This document shows, in pieces, positions 1 to 10,771 of a stretch of DNA of 64,000 bases. Made by a program: the position numbers and the translations under genes. The DNA comes from Candidatus Poseidoniaceae archaeon. Lineage in GTDB: Archaea; Thermoplasmatota; Poseidoniia; Poseidoniales; Poseidoniaceae. Under the pieces are notes generated by a model. It did not search any database and had not been told where the DNA came from. It was given only the letters and a program-made list of their open reading frames with translations. The DNA is taken from NCBI GenBank assembly GCA_045568435.1, contig JBJLBB010000001.1, positions 357,291 to 421,290 on the forward strand, in the 5' to 3' direction. The stretch's first letter is position 1, and the number at the start of each line of letters is the position of its first letter.

Positions 1-442
1 CGTGGCCATAGAGGTTATCGCGGTTCACACCCCATACCGAATGTAGATCAGCGCTACCGATTAGAGCAGAAAGTAAAGTTAATCCAACATCGGCTAAAGA
101 TGCAATAAAAACCACCACTAAGAAAAGTCTGGTCGGAATACTCCAAGGCCTATGCCCTTTACGAAAAATACCCGCTACATGATGCCTTAATATCGCCCAA
201 TTCCTCATCCATCGGGGATTCAAAGTACCATTCCACGGCTGATACACTTGCTCAAAAATAAATCCAGTAGTATCTTTGGATGGTGAGACTTGAGCAGTAT
301 TTACTTCATCACCTTGGGAAGAACCCCAAGCTGCTTCCATTCGACCCTGCCCTTTTACTGGCGCATCAGCATCAAAGGAAATATCTTGATTCGGATAAAT
401 CAATTGAGATAGACTCAGGTGCTTGAATCTCTTCTTCACCAT
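1..442 (-). CDS. Membrane protein, probably the permease partner of the adjacent ABC ATPase. N-terminus is present; the C-terminus runs off the window edge.
   Basis: Hand translation of the minus strand gives an open frame from ATG at 442-440 to position 1: MVKKRFKHLSLSQLIYPNQDISFDAD...RLFLVVVFIASLADVGLTLLSALIGS. It contains a hydrophobic TM helix. The start lies 4 nt downstream of the ABC ATPase stop (TAA 448-446), so the two are tightly coupled. It is absent from the ORF track, probably because it is partial. Confidence 0.45.
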   Translation of the reverse strand, partial: MVKKRFKHLSLSQLIYPNQDISFDADAPVKGQGRMEAAWGSSQGDEVNTAQVSPSKDTTGFIFEQVYQPWNGTLNPRWMRNWAILRHHVAGIFRKGHRPWSIPTRLFLVVVFIASLADVGLTLLSALIGSADLHSVWGVNRDNLYGH

Positions 443-445
443 CCA

Positions 446-1453
446 TTATGAGCCACCTCCCATACTTTTTGGAGCATCTACTTGCCTTGCTTGGACTGGG
501 CTTCTAAGTAAATCCTCACTGGTCTTTACTTCATAGCCAAGGTTTTCCATAATTACCAAAAATAAATCTTCTAAAGAGGCTTCATACTCATGCATTCTAC
601 GAATTTGTGCACCTGTTTCTGCCGCACATTTCAAAATTAGTGTAGTGGTATCTTCACCAATATGTTGAATTCTCATTATTCGACCTTCTCTTCTAACAGT
701 CAAACCAGCTTTAGCCATGGCTTCTTCAAGTTTAGTTGCACCACCCCAAACATGTATCTCGATTTCTCTATCGATGTCCTTTAAGTCTTCAATACGACCC
801 TGTGCTGCCAATTTCCCCTTGTGTAAAAGTACAATATTTTCACAGACTCTTTCAACATCGTCCATTAAGTGAGATGCCATCAAGACTGATCTATTTCCGG
901 TTTTGACAGTATTTTGGAGTGTTGTTATCATAAATTCTCTAGCAACTGCATCAAGGCCATTTGAAGGCTCATCAGCAATAATTAACTCAGGGTCGTGAAT
1001 AATTGCACAAGCCAGTTTTGTGGCTTGTTTCATTCCTGTTGAAAAACTTCCAATATTACGGTATCTTTGTTCACCAAGGCCGACATATTGTAATGCTTCA
1101 TGGGCTCTTGACATTGCTACGACTGGATTCATACCCAATAATTCACCAGAGTATCTAACTTGGTATATGGCGTCCATATCAGGATTCAATGCTTCATACT
1201 CTGGCATATATCCGATACGGGAGCGAATTGCTGCTCCTTCAGTTCTGATGTCGTGACCAAGTACGGTTCCTTCTCCCGATGTTGCTTGGATTAGCCCAAG
1301 TATCGTTTTTAGGAATGTAGATTTGCCTGCACCATTCGGTCCAAGAAGCCCCGTAGCACCCTTTTTGACCTTCAAATTGAGGTCTTCTAGTGCCATGTGT
1401 GGACCATAGGATTTGCATAAATTGGTCGTGTTTATGATATAATCATCAACCAT
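446..1453 (-). CDS. ABC transporter ATP-binding protein (ABC-2 / multidrug-type)
   Basis: Walker A GPNGAGKST; ABC signature plus Walker B in FSTGMKQ...IIADEPSNGLD; C-terminal accessory domain. Confidence 0.85.
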   Translation of the reverse strand: MVDDYIINTTNLCKSYGPHMALEDLNLKVKKGATGLLGPNGAGKSTFLKTILGLIQATSGEGTVLGHDIRTEGAAIRSRIGYMPEYEALNPDMDAIYQVRYSGELLGMNPVVAMSRAHEALQYVGLGEQRYRNIGSFSTGMKQATKLACAIIHDPELIIADEPSNGLDAVAREFMITTLQNTVKTGNRSVLMASHLMDDVERVCENIVLLHKGKLAAQGRIEDLKDIDREIEIHVWGGATKLEEAMAKAGLTVRREGRIMRIQHIGEDTTTLILKCAAETGAQIRRMHEYEASLEDLFLVIMENLGYEVKTSEDLLRSPVQARQVDAPKSMGGGS

Positions 1454-1522
1454 GTTACCACTCCCTTAAATCGATGAGATTGAAGACGCCTCTTCAATTA
1501 TACCACTACATGAGTTGATGAA

Positions 1523-3820
1523 TTATTCAGTTTTTATTCCATCACGTGTCTTAATTGCAACTCCTTTTTGGAACGTTGCAAGTTCACTAGATGTACACTG
1601 AGATGTACCGTGGCCGAGTAATTCACCTTTCTGATTAACAATCAAACATGCTTCATTTGGCCTTAACCAAGGGTCACAAGCAATTACAAAGCCATGGAAC
1701 ACATTTCGACCTTGTCTAATGAACGGCTCAGCATCATCATCTACTACGACAAGCGCTAGCCCCTCTCCGCAATATCCGAAAATTTCGGGTTCAGAAAAAC
1801 CAGTAGGCAACTTTCTTCTTCTATGGCTATATAATTCGATTGCTCCCTCGTTATTGAGAGATAAGCCACCATCGCCAAGGCGGAAACTGGCTAGGTGTTT
1901 ATCGGATGAACTCAGCACATTTTTTATTCTTCCTTGACGATTGATTACAAAATTAGATCGACTCGTCATTTCATGTGAAAGTTCACTTTGGACATTAAAG
2001 AATAATGCAAATTTATCAGCCGCTTTCCTTCTACGCATCTGTAATTGACATTTATCGAAATCGCTTGCTTCAATAGATTCTTCCTTTACCGAATCACCTA
2101 AAACTTCCATTTCAATCAATTTAGAGAATGCCCTATCAACTAAATTATCTCCCTTGAGGTCAAGAGTAATTATTCTTCTATCACCCATAGAAAATTTATC
2201 CAAATCCTCCCTAATCAGAGATAGGTCAGGACGACTTCGCCAAATCCACTCAGGGCCGACAATGTGTGTATATGGATTGACATCTTCTAATGAATAAGGC
2301 ATCAAACCAATAGGAGTCAATATCATCACTTCAAGACCTGGGGCATGATGAATAAGTCTGGTGACAAGATTGTCACATCGCTCTCTCCAAGGACCTGAAC
2401 GACCATGTAAGATTAAAACATCAGTGGAACCTGTACCTGTTGGGTTTTGTGAATGCCACCTTGTGAACATCATGTGCCTTGCAGCAATAATGTGAGGTCT
2501 TACCAAGGTGTCTTTGCCACCCCAAGACTCTCCACCCTTACGAGGAGTAGTTTGAGACTTCACAATCCAATCCCAACTCGACTCCCATGCTCCTTTTTGT
2601 GAACCTGTTTCCTGAGATGCTAATTTCTCATCCAATATCATTTCATCTTTGGCTATATTCGAGATATGTCCGAGCGATGGATTGGTAATCAGCCATAAAA
2701 ACGCCTCACGTAATGCCGGGTGTTGATGACTTCGCCTTTCAGCCATACGCCAAATAGTACCATCACGGACCGCTTGTTTGCATCTTGCCAATTCTGCTAA
2801 AGTCACTTCAAGATTATACTTTGAAAGAAGTTTTGTTCTCTCTTTTCCATCCATGTCCCTCACTTCTTCGGGAGTCAAAGAAGCAATACTTGGGGTTGTA
2901 ACTGGCCAGTCAACCAAATTTGCAATTTTCTCAGTCCCCCATGGAGTCAAAAGTCTACCATCTCTAGCAAAAAGAGCATATGCTGCTGAATCGAATAAAT
3001 CAGCACCAAGTGCTATTGACATTGGAAATAGCATTGGGTGACCACATCCAAACATGTGTACTGGCCTATTTGGAGGTAATTTCGGTAAAGAAGATAACAT
3101 GATTTTTGCATATTCTTTGTAGCGGTGTTGTTCCATAACAGGAACAATTCCTCCTATTGGATGGACAGAAAAGTCAAATTTACCCATCCCCATTGCTGAC
3201 TTTTCTCGTAACTCTTTGAAAACTCCACCTTGAATTGGACCATTTAGCATGGTATTTTGAGCTGTATCAACGCTGATTTGTGCTCTTGCCAAAGTTTCAT
3301 CAACACACTTCTCCACTTCTGATTCAACCATGTCTGGGCGTGAAAAAACATCGAGCATAGTGGCTATATCCACGCCTATTGAACGCTGAAATTCAACTAT
3401 TTCTTCAACACCCACTTCGACATCCCCATAGACATAAGATTGGAATGTACCAGAATCTGTCATTATAACTCCGGGATAATTTATCAGTTCATGTACACCA
3501 TCTTTCTGAGCCTTACTTTTGAGTTCTTCATGTTTCCAAATAATGTATGAATTGGTAATTAATGCACCAATTCCATATCTATCCCACATTTCTCTGGGTT
3601 CAATTGTCCTGATATTAGGATTGATTACTGGAAGTAAAGCCGGTGTTTCTAGAATACCGTGGTCGGTATGCAACCTACCAATTCGAGCACGTCCATCTCT
3701 ATGAATGATCTCGAATTTACCTTTATCTTGTTCTCTGCAAGGCTTAGGGTCTTCACGAGTACCATCACGCCATGCTGCCATGATTGCTGGCCGGTTGGCG
3801 GCCTCCTTCAAACCATCCAT
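1523..3820 (-). CDS. tgtA: Archaeosine tRNA-guanine transglycosylase (ArcTGT) with C-terminal extension (PUA-like)
   Basis: TGT catalytic motifs QSYVYGD, MLDVFSRPD, HPIGGIVPV, HMFGCGHPMLFPMSIALGADLFDSAAY. 765 aa with a long C-terminal region, as in archaeal ArcTGT. Confidence 0.88.
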   Translation of the reverse strand: MDGLKEAANRPAIMAAWRDGTREDPKPCREQDKGKFEIIHRDGRARIGRLHTDHGILETPALLPVINPNIRTIEPREMWDRYGIGALITNSYIIWKHEELKSKAQKDGVHELINYPGVIMTDSGTFQSYVYGDVEVGVEEIVEFQRSIGVDIATMLDVFSRPDMVESEVEKCVDETLARAQISVDTAQNTMLNGPIQGGVFKELREKSAMGMGKFDFSVHPIGGIVPVMEQHRYKEYAKIMLSSLPKLPPNRPVHMFGCGHPMLFPMSIALGADLFDSAAYALFARDGRLLTPWGTEKIANLVDWPVTTPSIASLTPEEVRDMDGKERTKLLSKYNLEVTLAELARCKQAVRDGTIWRMAERRSHQHPALREAFLWLITNPSLGHISNIAKDEMILDEKLASQETGSQKGAWESSWDWIVKSQTTPRKGGESWGGKDTLVRPHIIAARHMMFTRWHSQNPTGTGSTDVLILHGRSGPWRERCDNLVTRLIHHAPGLEVMILTPIGLMPYSLEDVNPYTHIVGPEWIWRSRPDLSLIREDLDKFSMGDRRIITLDLKGDNLVDRAFSKLIEMEVLGDSVKEESIEASDFDKCQLQMRRRKAADKFALFFNVQSELSHEMTSRSNFVINRQGRIKNVLSSSDKHLASFRLGDGGLSLNNEGAIELYSHRRRKLPTGFSEPEIFGYCGEGLALVVVDDDAEPFIRQGRNVFHGFVIACDPWLRPNEACLIVNQKGELLGHGTSQCTSSELATFQKGVAIKTRDGIKTE

Positions 3821-3841
3821 TAAAAACGTGTAAAATAGGCA

Positions 3842-4300
3842 TTAATCAACAAACTCTACCTTGCCATGTGCCAATATGAATTCCCTGCCCAATTCATCAA
3901 ATGAGTCCAATAAAGCGCTGGAGAATTTTACTGAAGAAATTTCATCATCTGATTCCAAGTCTCCCTTTACACCTTCAAGCGTACCAGGTGCAGCACCACA
4001 TGAAAGACATGCTCCGGTCAAATCTAAAACTATATTCAAACTTTTAGCCGAATCTAATAGTTCATATGAGGTCAATTCAATGCCCCCTCCATGACCATCG
4101 AGTGCGGCTCTTACTTCGTTTAATCGTGAAAGTAAAGCAGGGATTATTTGCTTTGATTCAATGATTTCGACTAAAGACAAACTTCGCAATCTATTTTCCT
4201 CTTCTTTGTCGGTAGAATCATCGATACGCTTTTTTGCCTCTAATTTCATTGATGCAAGTGCTTCTGCCGCATATTTTGACACCAAATCATCATCGGACAT
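3842..4300 (-). CDS. NifU/Nfu-like Fe-S cluster scaffold protein. The start is uncertain: the ORF track extends to 4477, but that overlaps the sufC start.
   Basis: NifU C-terminal domain signature DGHGGGIELTSYELLDS...LDLTGACLSCGAAPGTLEGV (GAC-x2-C). Internal ATG at 4300 (MSDDDLV...) or 4387 gives a non-overlapping divergent arrangement with sufC. Confidence 0.55.
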   Translation of the reverse strand: MSDDDLVSKYAAEALASMKLEAKKRIDDSTDKEEENRLRSLSLVEIIESKQIIPALLSRLNEVRAALDGHGGGIELTSYELLDSAKSLNIVLDLTGACLSCGAAPGTLEGVKGDLESDDEISSVKFSSALLDSFDELGREFILAHGKVEFVD

Positions 4301-4447
4301 GACTCTCGCTCCACCGCCATCAATTTGAACTCTTTTATTGACATAGAATCCGAGTTTAGGATGCCCTAAAAACGCATTACTACGCATCACTTTATTACAC
4401 CACTTCATAAAGGAGTAATTAGAGGTTAGACTACAGGGGGAGTCAAG

Positions 4448-5179
4448 GTGGAAGTTTTGAGAATCAATGATTTGCATGTATCTGTGGAGAACACCCCCAT
4501 AATCAACGGGATTTCAATGACCATTAACAAGGGTGAAATTCATGCCATCATGGGCCGCAATGGGGCTGGGAAGTCAACTTTAGCGAATGTAGTCATGGGT
4601 CATCCAGCATATGAAATAACTTCAGGAGATGTTTCTTTCCTTGGCAAACCTCTCGATGATTATGAAGTTCATCAAAGAGCACGTTCTGGAATGTTTCTAT
4701 CTTTCCAGTACCCTCCGTCCATACCAGGGGTACAAGTTGGAAACTTTTTGAAAAAATCAGTTGCATCGGTCAGAGATCAGCAACTAAAAGCTAGAGAATT
4801 TAGAAAAGAACTCAATGGGGCTATGGAACAACTCGAAATGGATAAATCATTTTTATCCCGCTACGTCAATGATGGATTTAGCGGTGGAGAAAAAAAGCGT
4901 TTGGAAACCCTACAAATGTTACTACTCAAGCCACAATTGGCCCTACTTGATGAAACTGATTCTGGCCTTGACATTGATGCTCTGCGTGTTGTAGCGAAAG
5001 GAATTAATCAAATTGCTGAAGATGCTGGTTGTCTAATTATCACACATTATCAAAGACTACTTGATTTGGTCAAACCTGATTTCGTTCATGCGATGATTGA
5101 TGGGAAAATTGTCGAATCAGGTGGGCCAGAGTTAGCATTAAAACTCGAAGAAAATGGATATGATTGGTTGGAGGCTTAA
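4448..5179 (+). CDS. sufC: Fe-S cluster assembly ATPase SufC
   Basis: [10 protein letters not shown] Walker A; LSGGEKKR-like signature [10 protein letters not shown]; typical SufC length of 243 aa; first gene of a suf cluster. Confidence 0.9.
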   Translation: MEVLRINDLHVSVENTPIINGISMTINKGEIHAIMGRNGAGKSTLANVVMGHPAYEITSGDVSFLGKPLDDYEVHQRARSGMFLSFQYPPSIPGVQVGNFLKKSVASVRDQQLKAREFRKELNGAMEQLEMDKSFLSRYVNDGFSGGEKKRLETLQMLLLKPQLALLDETDSGLDIDALRVVAKGINQIAEDAGCLIITHYQRLLDLVKPDFVHAMIDGKIVESGGPELALKLEENGYDWLEA

Positions 5180-6588
5180 AAATGAGTGATTTAGCACATG
5201 AAGCAGTTGGCGATTATCGCTATGGATTCCATGACCCTGAACAATCTACTATCAGATTTGACAAAGGGCTGTCTGAACAAGTCGTAAGAGATATTTCAGA
5301 ATTGAAGAATGAGCCTGAATGGATGACAGAAATACGCGTCAAAGCATATCATCACTTCGTAGAAAGGCCAATGCCTGATTGGGGTAATTGTAACATGCTG
5401 GATAGTATTAACTTTGAGAATGTCACTTACTTCTTGCGTTCATCCAACCAAACTGAGAAAGACTGGGATGATGTTCCAGAAGACATCAAAAATACATTCG
5501 AAAGATTGGGAATTCCTGAGGCTGAACAAAAGTGGCTTGGTGGAGTTACTGCTCAGTATGAATCAGAAGCAGTATATCATTCAATAAGAGAAGATTTGGA
5601 ACAACAAGGCGTTCTGTTCTTCGATATGGATACTGGATTAAAGGAACACCCTGAAATTGTCAAGAAATATTTCTGTAGCGTTGTTCCTTATACCGATAAT
5701 AAATTTGCAGCGTTAAACACTGCTGTTTGGTCAGGTGGTTCATTCATCTATGTTCCAAAAAATGTACATGTAGAGATGCCTGTTCAGGCCTATTTTAGAA
5801 TCAATGCTAAGAATATGGGTCAGTTTGAAAGAACCATGATTATTGCAGACGAAGGCAGTAGTATTCATTACGTCGAAGGTTGTACTGCACCAACATATTC
5901 TACAGATTCACTACACTCAGCAGTGGTTGAATTAATAGCCATGGATAATGCTAAGATTCGATATTCTACAGTCCAAAATTGGTCAGCAAATGTGTACAAT
6001 CTAGTCACCAAAAGAGGTATCGCACACTCTAACTCAGTAATCGAATGGGTAGATGGGAACATTGGTTCGAAATTAACAATGAAGTATCCTGCAGTCATCC
6101 TAAAGGGAGAAGGAGCCCATGCTGAGGTAATTTCAGTTGCTTATTCTGGAGAAGGTCAACACCAGGATGCTGGTGCGAAGGTTCACCATCTTGCCCCAAG
6201 AACAACATCCAATATTCTATCAAAGTCGATTTCTAAGAATGGTGGACGTTCCTCATACAGAGGTATGCTCCAAGTCACTCCTAAAGCAGAAGGTTGTAAA
6301 TCTAAAATCGTTTGTGATGCGCTTATTCTTGACGATATATCTCGCTCTGACACCTATCCAACCATGGAAATAGGAAATGCAACAGCAGATTTGGAACATG
6401 AAGCGAGTGTATCAAAAATATCTGGAGATCAATTATTTTACCTCATGAGTAGAGGATTTAGTGAAGAGGAAGCAATGGGAATGATTGTTAATGGATTCTT
6501 TGAACCTTTTACTCGAGAACTTCCGATGGAATACGCTGTTGAACTAAACAAGTTGTTAGAATTAGAGATGGAGGGTTCCATCGGATGA
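5164..6588 (+). CDS. sufB: Fe-S cluster assembly protein SufB
   Basis: 474 aa, conserved SufB core (…TVQNWS…, C-terminal FEPF region); overlaps sufC and sufD ends, so operonic. Confidence 0.9.
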   Translation: MVGGLKMSDLAHEAVGDYRYGFHDPEQSTIRFDKGLSEQVVRDISELKNEPEWMTEIRVKAYHHFVERPMPDWGNCNMLDSINFENVTYFLRSSNQTEKDWDDVPEDIKNTFERLGIPEAEQKWLGGVTAQYESEAVYHSIREDLEQQGVLFFDMDTGLKEHPEIVKKYFCSVVPYTDNKFAALNTAVWSGGSFIYVPKNVHVEMPVQAYFRINAKNMGQFERTMIIADEGSSIHYVEGCTAPTYSTDSLHSAVVELIAMDNAKIRYSTVQNWSANVYNLVTKRGIAHSNSVIEWVDGNIGSKLTMKYPAVILKGEGAHAEVISVAYSGEGQHQDAGAKVHHLAPRTTSNILSKSISKNGGRSSYRGMLQVTPKAEGCKSKIVCDALILDDISRSDTYPTMEIGNATADLEHEASVSKISGDQLFYLMSRGFSEEEAMGMIVNGFFEPFTRELPMEYAVELNKLLELEMEGSIG

Positions 6589-7625
6589 CATACCTCGATA
6601 TGGAAATCCCTTCACGTTCTTCACATCTATGGCGATACACACCCTGGAAGCGTATACACCCATCTAAAATTGACATTATTCCGAGTTGTGAAGAAGTTGT
6701 TTTCAGTCACGAAGGTGATTGTACAATAAAACAATCAGTGAGAGAAATATCTGATTCAAATGATATCTCTCGTGTCTTTCTAAGTGAATGTACCAATAAG
6801 GTGAATGTAATTGAAATTGATGGCAAAGGTCAAACAATTCATATTAATTTAATGGCATCTGGTGATACATCAGTCAGCCATATTGATTTCCAGTGTAAAG
6901 GTGAAGCATCAATAATCATTCACCTTTCAGGCTCGAGTACTTGGACTGGTTTACATATTACAGGAAGTATTGGTAAAAACTCATCGATTGGATATGCTTT
7001 TGTCAATGAGTTAAATGCCAATTCTAAATTACTTCGATGTGAAGATTGGAATTTAAACCGTGATTCATCCTTGGAGTATGGTGAACTTTCAATTGGCGGT
7101 TTTAGAAATAAGACCGATATTAGAACTAACCTACGTGATTCTAATTCATCATTAAATCAGACTGTTGCAGTTTATGGCACTGATTCAAGACATGATGACC
7201 ATCATATGGAAATCAGGCATATGGTTGAGCATACCGATTCGTCTTTGACCATGAATGCAGCATGTGGTGGAAGAAGCCGCTCAATTGGAACTGGACAATT
7301 ATTCATCGATAAGGAAGCAAACCACTGCAATGCGGGGCAAGTTTTCCACAATCTACTACTTTCACAGGATGCCAGAGCGGATGCTATACCTGAACTTGAA
7401 GTTCTATCTGATGAGGTGAGTGCTGCACATGGTGCTGCAAGTGCTCCTATCGACAAAGAACAATTACATTATCTATTATCACGTGGTTATTCACCCGATA
7501 ATGCTGAAGCATTAATTGTGGAAGGTTTTCTTGTCAACACCTTCTCATCTTTGAGGAATCAAACTATCTCTGAAGATCTAAAAACAAGACTTAAAATTCA
7601 TCTAGAATGTGGAATTATTGGGTGA
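6585..7625 (+). CDS. sufD: Fe-S cluster assembly protein SufD
   Basis: SufB/D family C-terminal motif [21 protein letters not shown]; position between sufB and sufS. Confidence 0.8.
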   Translation: MTYLDMEIPSRSSHLWRYTPWKRIHPSKIDIIPSCEEVVFSHEGDCTIKQSVREISDSNDISRVFLSECTNKVNVIEIDGKGQTIHINLMASGDTSVSHIDFQCKGEASIIIHLSGSSTWTGLHITGSIGKNSSIGYAFVNELNANSKLLRCEDWNLNRDSSLEYGELSIGGFRNKTDIRTNLRDSNSSLNQTVAVYGTDSRHDDHHMEIRHMVEHTDSSLTMNAACGGRSRSIGTGQLFIDKEANHCNAGQVFHNLLLSQDARADAIPELEVLSDEVSAAHGAASAPIDKEQLHYLLSRGYSPDNAEALIVEGFLVNTFSSLRNQTISEDLKTRLKIHLECGIIG

Positions 7626-8817
7626 TTACATGAGAGAGCAGTTTCCAATTCTTCAACGTGAAGTCAATGGATATCCTTTGGTATATCTCGATAATGCTGC
7701 TACCACTCAAAAGCCACAAATTGTTATTGATGCAATGAATGATTATTACACTAATTCTAATGCCAATGTTCACCGTGCAGTTCACACTTTAGCAGGAGAA
7801 GCTACCGATGGATATGAGGCTTGTAGAACTACATTGAAAAATAGATTCAATGCTCAAAAAGCCATCATTACTGGCGGAACTACTGAGGCGATAAATTTAG
7901 TCGCTCACGCTTGGGGTAAAGCAAACCTATCACCAGGAGATGCTGTTGTACTAACTGAAATGGAACATCACTCCGATATTGTCCCATGGCAAATGCTGGC
8001 AAAAGAACTCGACATCGAATTGAGATATGTTCCTGTTCAACAAGACCTAACCCTTGACATGGAGATTTTCGAAGCATCACTCGAAGGTGCTAAACTAGTC
8101 TGTGTAGTTCATATTTCAAATGTATTAGGAGTTTGTAATCCAGTTGAAAAAATTATCTCTTTAGCAAAACAAAATGGTGCAAGAGTACTCTTGGATGCGG
8201 CCCAAAGTGTACCCCATCAATCGATTGACTTCCAAAAAATGGGAGCCGATTTCATGGCATTTTCGGCCCATAAAATGTGTGGCCCAACAGGAATTGGTGC
8301 GCTACTGGTAGCCGATGATGCATTTGAACAAATGCAACCATTCATGGGCGGTGGTGACATGATAGAAACAGTATCAATTCATGGCTCCACCTATCAAACA
8401 AATGAACATAAATTCGAAGCAGGAACTCCAAAGATTGCTGAAGCAATTGGTTGGAATGCTGCCTTAGAATGGATGGAGGAGATCGATTTGGATTCAGAAC
8501 ATTCTCGCTTGTTAGAATTAGCAAGATGGTTATCTCAACAACTACGAGAAATGGGTATGACTGTTTATGGTCGTCACGATGATGATGACGCTGCTGTTGT
8601 TTCATTCTTACATCCAACAATGAATAGTGAAGACTTAGCTCATCTATTAGATGCACGAGGATTTGCAGTTAGAACCGGCCATCACTGCGCTCAACCACTA
8701 CTTGAAAGATTAAACATTACCGGCACAGTTAGAGCATCGTTGTACTTTTATAATTCTAAAGAAGAAGTAGAAAACTTTGTCAAACAACTTTCAGATATTT
8801 TGGAGAGATTTGCTTGA
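7609..8817 (+). CDS. sufS: Cysteine desulfurase SufS (class V aminotransferase)
   Basis: LDNAATTQKP N-terminal motif; PLP-Lys in FSAHKMCGPTGIG; catalytic Cys region RTGHHCAQPL. Confidence 0.9.
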   Translation: MELLGDYMREQFPILQREVNGYPLVYLDNAATTQKPQIVIDAMNDYYTNSNANVHRAVHTLAGEATDGYEACRTTLKNRFNAQKAIITGGTTEAINLVAHAWGKANLSPGDAVVLTEMEHHSDIVPWQMLAKELDIELRYVPVQQDLTLDMEIFEASLEGAKLVCVVHISNVLGVCNPVEKIISLAKQNGARVLLDAAQSVPHQSIDFQKMGADFMAFSAHKMCGPTGIGALLVADDAFEQMQPFMGGGDMIETVSIHGSTYQTNEHKFEAGTPKIAEAIGWNAALEWMEEIDLDSEHSRLLELARWLSQQLREMGMTVYGRHDDDDAAVVSFLHPTMNSEDLAHLLDARGFAVRTGHHCAQPLLERLNITGTVRASLYFYNSKEEVENFVKQLSDILERFA

Positions 8818-9224
8818 GTGACCTGATTACTCTTGAAGAACTAATCGAAGAATTCCAAGATGTAGAAGACAAAATGGAACGACTCGAAATGGTTTTCGAA
8901 CTATCTGAAGAAGTTGATTTTCTCGAAGTAGAATTTTGGAATGATTTGACACGGGTAAGAGGTTGTCAATCAGAGGCTCATGTATTGGTATCGATAGAAA
9001 ATGAACTTGTCAAGTTGAAAGCCGGTGCCGATTCAAAGTTAGTTCAAGGATTGATGGGGATTTTAACGATCGCATTACGAGACATCAGCCCCTCTAAAGC
9101 CCTCGAATTAACTCCTGATTTCGCAGGTGAAATGGGTGTGTTAAACTCACTTTCACCAAGTCGTTCAAATGGATTTAGAAATATGTTCGATAAAGTCATG
9201 AATGAAATTCAAAATAAAATGTAG
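8814..9224 (+). CDS. sufE: Sulfur acceptor protein SufE
   Basis: RVRGCQSEAHVLV (SufE active-site Cys loop) and LSPSRSNGFRNM, matching E. coli SufE LTPSRSQGLEAM. Confidence 0.85.
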   Translation: MSDLITLEELIEEFQDVEDKMERLEMVFELSEEVDFLEVEFWNDLTRVRGCQSEAHVLVSIENELVKLKAGADSKLVQGLMGILTIALRDISPSKALELTPDFAGEMGVLNSLSPSRSNGFRNMFDKVMNEIQNKM

Positions 9225-9232
9225 GTGTTAAA

Positions 9233-9550
9233 ATGGTCAACAAAGAAGCAGTACTTGAGAAATTAGATGATGTAGAGGACCCAGAATTGGAACTCTCTAT
9301 TGTAGAATTAGGGCTCGTATATGATGTGCGAATCGAGACTAAAGATGAAGGACAGCATGCAGAAATCGACATGACTCTAACCAGCCCAGGATGTCCTGCA
9401 GCAGCAGAGATAATGGCAGCAACTCATAGGGCGGCTTTGCAAACTGAAGGTATTGATAGTGTTCATGTAAATTTGGTTTGGACTCCAAGGTGGGACCCTA
9501 AAATACACGCTAATGAAGATGCCAAAATGGATATGGGCATTTGGGATTAA
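9233..9550 (+). CDS. sufT: SufT/DUF59 (MIP18-family) Fe-S assembly protein
   Basis: DPELELSIVELGLVYDV...TLTSPGCP motif typical of DUF59/SufT; last gene of the suf cluster. Confidence 0.75.
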   Translation: MVNKEAVLEKLDDVEDPELELSIVELGLVYDVRIETKDEGQHAEIDMTLTSPGCPAAAEIMAATHRAALQTEGIDSVHVNLVWTPRWDPKIHANEDAKMDMGIWD

Positions 9551-10725
9551 CGCTTTACTACAATGGTTAGTATATCGCCGTCTTTCAAGGTGTGGTCAAG
9601 ACCTACACGTTGCCAATCAAACTTAGCACTAGGGCCTTTTACTCTACCATAACGGAATTTCCGATAAAAGTCACGATGTAATTTATTACAGATATTTCCA
9701 ACTGTAGAATCGTCCTTAACTATCAATGGTTCTTCCATATCAGCCTCTTGGCCTTGTGGTTTTAGGTAAACTCTCATGAAACCTAAGTTATCATAAATGA
9801 AGTCTTTCAATTCATCAAGTCCGATATCTTTGAATGCAGAAATTCGCATGATTGGCCAGTCTTCAGGCAATGCTTTTGTTGCTCTGACAAGTTCATCTTC
9901 AGTAGCAATATCTATCTTATTTATTGCAATTACCGCTTTTTCATAAATCCTATTTTCTGCCAAACAATCGACAATCTGTTCAGCTGTAGTATCATTTCTA
10001 AGAGTTACAATTGCTGAAGTAAATCCAAATGAGCGAATAATAGCACCAATTTCTTCGTTGGTCAAATGAGTTTGTTCAACCGTAGTTCTAACATCGATAC
10101 CACCACGCTCTGTACGCTTGATGAATACTGGTGGTTTTGTTTCATTCAATCGCAGTCCTGCATTGTGTAATTCACGATGCAGTACATTGAAGTGAGCCTC
10201 TTGGAATGGATCGACAATATACAATACCATATCAGCACTTCTAATGACATTGAGAATCTCACGTCCTCGACCTTTACCTTCAGCAGCCCCTTTGATCAAA
10301 CCTGGTAAATCCAAAATCTGAATCTTTGCACCACGATGCTCCATAACGCCAGGAATACAGGTAAGGGTAGTAAATGCATATCCAGCAGCCTCCGAGTGAG
10401 CATCGGTGACCTTAGAGATTAGAGTTGATTTTCCAACTGAAGGAAATCCTACAAGAGCAACTGTTGCATCACCGGATTTCTTGACTTCAAAACCCTTGCC
10501 TCCGCCACTGGCTTTTGAGTGCGCATGAGCCTTTTCTTCCTTGATTTTTAATTGAGCGATTTTGGCTTTTAGTTTACCAATGTGGGCATTGGTTGCCTTG
10601 TTTTTTTGAGTCTTATCAATCTCGGCGCGAATCAAATCGATTTGCTCCTTGATTGTCGCCACAAAAAACCCTCTAACTGCGGCCAAATGATGCACATTCT
10701 TCAATGCTCCCGCTAAGAAAACCAA
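9547..10725 (-). CDS. Developmentally-regulated GTP-binding protein (Drg/Obg family) with TGS domain
   Basis: G1 GFPSVGKST, G3 DLPG, N-terminal coiled-coil and C-terminal TGS-like region; 392 aa, typical of archaeal Drg. Confidence 0.85.
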   Translation of the reverse strand: MVFLAGALKNVHHLAAVRGFFVATIKEQIDLIRAEIDKTQKNKATNAHIGKLKAKIAQLKIKEEKAHAHSKASGGGKGFEVKKSGDATVALVGFPSVGKSTLISKVTDAHSEAAGYAFTTLTCIPGVMEHRGAKIQILDLPGLIKGAAEGKGRGREILNVIRSADMVLYIVDPFQEAHFNVLHRELHNAGLRLNETKPPVFIKRTERGGIDVRTTVEQTHLTNEEIGAIIRSFGFTSAIVTLRNDTTAEQIVDCLAENRIYEKAVIAINKIDIATEDELVRATKALPEDWPIMRISAFKDIGLDELKDFIYDNLGFMRVYLKPQGQEADMEEPLIVKDDSTVGNICNKLHRDFYRKFRYGRVKGPSAKFDWQRVGLDHTLKDGDILTIVVKR

Positions 10726-10771
10726 AAAAAGGTAAATTGTTTTGTGCGATTAACTCAAAGCACTCGGCCAT

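Noticed and set aside
1020-1256. 78-aa plus-strand ORF inside the ABC ATPase gene (and similar short internal antisense ORFs listed in the track, e.g. 1719..1937, 2778..3041, 5868..6098, 7202..7456, 8342..8656, 12100..12582, 16108..16302, 41044..41445, 44000-52300 internal ORFs)
   Set aside because: All lie wholly within, and antisense or out of frame to, long genes with strong family motifs; they have no independent support.
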